Positions 30,064 through 32,000 of a stretch of 32,000 nt of DNA are shown in pieces (position 1 is the stretch's first letter; the number at the start of each line of letters is the position of its first letter). This stretch comes from Ktedonobacterales bacterium (GTDB taxonomy: Bacteria > Chloroflexota > Ktedonobacteria > Ktedonobacterales > JADMIN01), in assembly GCA_030167145.1 (NCBI GenBank), contig CP126532.1:2610001-2642000 (forward strand), in the 5' to 3' direction. The position numbers and the translations under genes were made by a program. Below the pieces are notes generated by a model, which was not told the DNA's origin, did not search any database, and saw only the letters and a list, made by a program, of their open reading frames with translations.

Positions 30064-32000
30064 CTATGGCGCGACGCCCAGCCGCCGCAGCGCCCCGCGC
30101 ACATCTTCGGCGTCGGGGGATTCGACCTGCACGAAGCGGCGCAGCGCCTCGCGGTAGTGCGCGATGGCGCCGCTGCGGTTGCGGGCATCTTCGTCGAGCA
30201 CAGCAAGAAACCGATGACAATAGCCGATCCCCTGAATGTCGCTCAGGCGCTCGCAGATGCTGAGGCTTTGCTCGATCATGGCGCTGCCTCGCTCTGGCTC
30301 GCCTTGCTTGCGAGCCAGGAATACGCCGAAATTGCGTAGCTCATTGGATTCAGCGGCGGGATCATTGAGTTGCCGCGCTAACTCAATGGCACGCTCGTAC
30401 ATCGTTCGCGCTTCGCTGAGGCGACCCTCTTGCGAGTTCAGCACCGCCAGTTCATGCACCTCGGCACGCTCCGCCGCCGGGTCGCCCAACTGTTGGGCCA
30501 GCGCCAGCGCCCGCGCGTAGCCCGCCCGCGCCTCGGCCAGCCGTCCAGTCTTGCTGTCGAGCACCGCCAGTTCATGCACCTCGGCACGCTCCGCCGCCGG
30601 GTCGCCCAACTGTTGGGCCAGCGCCAGCGCCCGCGCGTAGCCCGCCCGCGCCTCGGCCAGCCGTCCGGTTTGCGCGTCGAGCACCGCCAGTTCATGCACC
30701 TCGGCACGCTCCGCCGCCGGGTCGCCCAACTGTTGGGCCAGCGCCAGCGCCCGCGCGTAGCCCGCCCGCGCCTCGGCCAGCCGTCCGGTTTGCGCGTCGA
30801 GCACCGCCAGGGCATGCACCTCGGCTTGCTCCGCCGCCGGGTCGCCCAACTGTTGGGCCAGCGCCAGCGCCCGCGCGTAGCCCGCCCGCGCCTCGGCCAG
30901 CCGTCCGGTTTGCGCGTCGAGCACCGCCAGCCCATGCACCTCGGCTTGCTCCGCCGCCGGGTCGCCCAACTGTTGGGCCAGCGCCAGCGCCCGCGCGAAG
31001 CCCGCCCGCGCCTCGGCCAGCCGTCCAGTCTTGCTGTCGAGCACCGCCAGCCCATGCACCTCGGCTTGCTCCGCCGCCGGGTCGCCCAACTGTTGGGCCA
31101 GCGCCAGCGCCCGCGCGTAGCCCGCCCGCGCCTCGGCCAGCCGTCCAGTCTTGCTGTCGAGCACCGCCAGCCCATGCACCTCGGCTTGCTCCGCCGCCGG
31201 GTCGCCCAACTGTTGGGCCAGCGCCAGCGCCCGCGCGTAGCCCGCCCGCGCCTCGGCCAGCCGGCCTAATCGCCCTAGAGTTATCGCGCGACTATGCTCC
31301 ATATATTGGACTTCCGCCTTATCGTCCAATGATTGTGCCGCTTCCAGCGCCAGCGTATCTATGTGGAGTTCCTCGTCTCGTCGTCCTCGTGTGTCCCATG
31401 CTCGTCCCAAGGTCTTCGCCAGTGCTAGCACGTCGCGGTGGCGGGCGTGGTCGTGTGCCCAGGTGAGCGCGCCCATCAGGCCGGGCGCTTCGGCTTCGAG
31501 CGCGTCCATGCCGTCGTAGCCGGGATGCGCGCGGGCGTAGGCGAGCCAGTAGGCGATGAGGGTGTCGCCGAGACGGTCAGCGGTGGGGGTGGGGAGTTGG
31601 CGCAGGCGGGCGGCGGCGTACTCGCGCAGCAGTGGATGCAGGCGCAGGCGCGGGCCGGTGGCGCTGGCGAGCGGCTCGACCAAGCGCAGGGTGACGAGCG
31701 CGGCGACGGCGGCTTCGGCGTCAGCGGCAGTAGTGGGCACGGGCGGCGACGGGTCTGGCTGGTCCGGCTGGCCTGGTATGTCCAGGGTGGCGAGGGCGAG
31801 CGCGGCGGCGCGGGGGAAGCTGGGGCCGCTGATGAGCGCGAGACCGGCGAAGAGGCGCTGCTGCGCAGGAGTGAGCACATCCCAGGAGCGGTCGAAGCGC
31901 GAGACGATGGCCTTGCGGGGATTGCTCTTGAAGGCGGCGGCGTTGATGCCGTCGCGGGCATGCTGTGCGCGGATGTCGGGCAGGGAGAGACCTTGCACAC
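30064..32000 (-). CDS. NB-ARC/STAND (NLR-like) protein, C-terminal part: winged-helix/linker plus TPR-like repeat sensor (N-terminus outside window)
   Basis: The ORF is open to the window edge. SRFDRSWDVLTPAQQRLFAGLALISGPSFPRAAA, LVTLRLVEP and RLHPLLREYAA match the winged-helix end of bacterial NB-ARC NTPases. About 11 units of 40-aa TPR-like repeats follow. Confidence 0.8.
   Translation of the reverse strand, partial: VQGLSLPDIRAQHARDGINAAAFKSNPRKAIVSRFDRSWDVLTPAQQRLFAGLALISGPSFPRAAALALATLDIPGQPDQPDPSPPVPTTAADAEAAVAALVTLRLVEPLASATGPRLRLHPLLREYAAARLRQLPTPTADRLGDTLIAYWLAYARAHPGYDGMDALEAEAPGLMGALTWAHDHARHRDVLALAKTLGRAWDTRGRRDEELHIDTLALEAAQSLDDKAEVQYMEHSRAITLGRLGRLAEARAGYARALALAQQLGDPAAEQAEVHGLAVLDSKTGRLAEARAGYARALALAQQLGDPAAEQAEVHGLAVLDSKTGRLAEARAGFARALALAQQLGDPAAEQAEVHGLAVLDAQTGRLAEARAGYARALALAQQLGDPAAEQAEVHALAVLDAQTGRLAEARAGYARALALAQQLGDPAAERAEVHELAVLDAQTGRLAEARAGYARALALAQQLGDPAAERAEVHELAVLDSKTGRLAEARAGYARALALAQQLGDPAAERAEVHELAVLNSQEGRLSEARTMYERAIELARQLNDPAAESNELRNFGVFLARKQGEPERGSAMIEQSLSICERLSDIQGIGYCHRFLAVLDEDARNRSGAIAHYREALRRFVQVESPDAEDVRGALRRLGVAP
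30421..31260 (-). repeat. Seven tandem 120-bp units, nearly identical, inside the STAND gene
   Basis: Period exactly 120 bp, visible as alternate 60-nt lines repeating. Bases 30441-31260 are identical between units except at four small codon clusters. Diverged units flank the array (30301-30420 and 31261-31380). Confidence 0.95.

Noticed and set aside
30421-31260. Considered whether the regular 120-bp repeats, or the 9-bp array at 1504-1566, could be a CRISPR array.
   Set aside because: There are no unique spacers between repeats. The 120-bp units are contiguous, in frame and coding (TPR-like), and the 9-bp units are far too short. No cas genes are in the window.

Overview
Visibly GC-rich bacterial chromosomal segment. 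I saw no rRNA, tRNA or CRISPR array.

Gene order, left to right:
- The 3' end of an IS982-type transposase gene. An IS630-family element (perfect 17-bp inverted repeats, split transposase) sits 10 bp behind it.
- A tract of 9-bp periodic repeats.
- A DUF433/DUF5615 toxin-antitoxin-like pair.
- An exported 7-bladed Vgb/NHL-like beta-propeller lipoprotein and an orphan ABC-2 permease, divergent from an ECF sigma/anti-sigma pair.
- Ordinary genes: small membrane protein, Nudix hydrolase, MscS channel, nadD, DUF951, MFS transporter, GT9 glycosyltransferase.
- A minus-strand block: 816-aa TPR protein, membrane-anchored NYN nuclease, small antitoxin-like protein.
- Two in-frame micro-ORFs (Cys-rich, then His-rich) below the ORF-track cutoff.
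- An Imm5-like protein.
- A second NYN protein with a disordered N-terminus of about 530 aa.
- A seven-gene minus-strand cluster that reads as a self-contained inositol-phospholipid / PIM-type pathway: ArsR regulator, ino1, two PatA/LpxL-like acyltransferases, PHP phosphoesterase, PimA-like GT4, CDP-alcohol phosphatidyltransferase.
- A VapBC pair.
- The C-terminal part of an NB-ARC/STAND (NLR-like) protein whose TPR-like region holds seven almost identical 120-bp repeats.

Best leads:
1. The NLR-like gene, whose repeats vary in only four codon clusters.
2. The PHP phosphoesterase inside the inositol-lipid cluster, a candidate for the unassigned PIP phosphatase step.
3. A roughly 60-bp element shared upstream of two unrelated TA operons 27 kb apart.
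4. The membrane-anchored NYN nuclease and a small protein that share a SAELRGIG motif.
5. The Cys-rich/His-rich micro-ORF pair, separated by one in-frame TGA with a hairpin just downstream.
6. A short hairpin repeat present in three intergenic regions.

Gene content resembles a filamentous Chloroflexota (Ktedonobacteria-like) or an actinobacterial genome. That cannot be decided from this window. All family assignments come from motif recognition by eye, not from searches.
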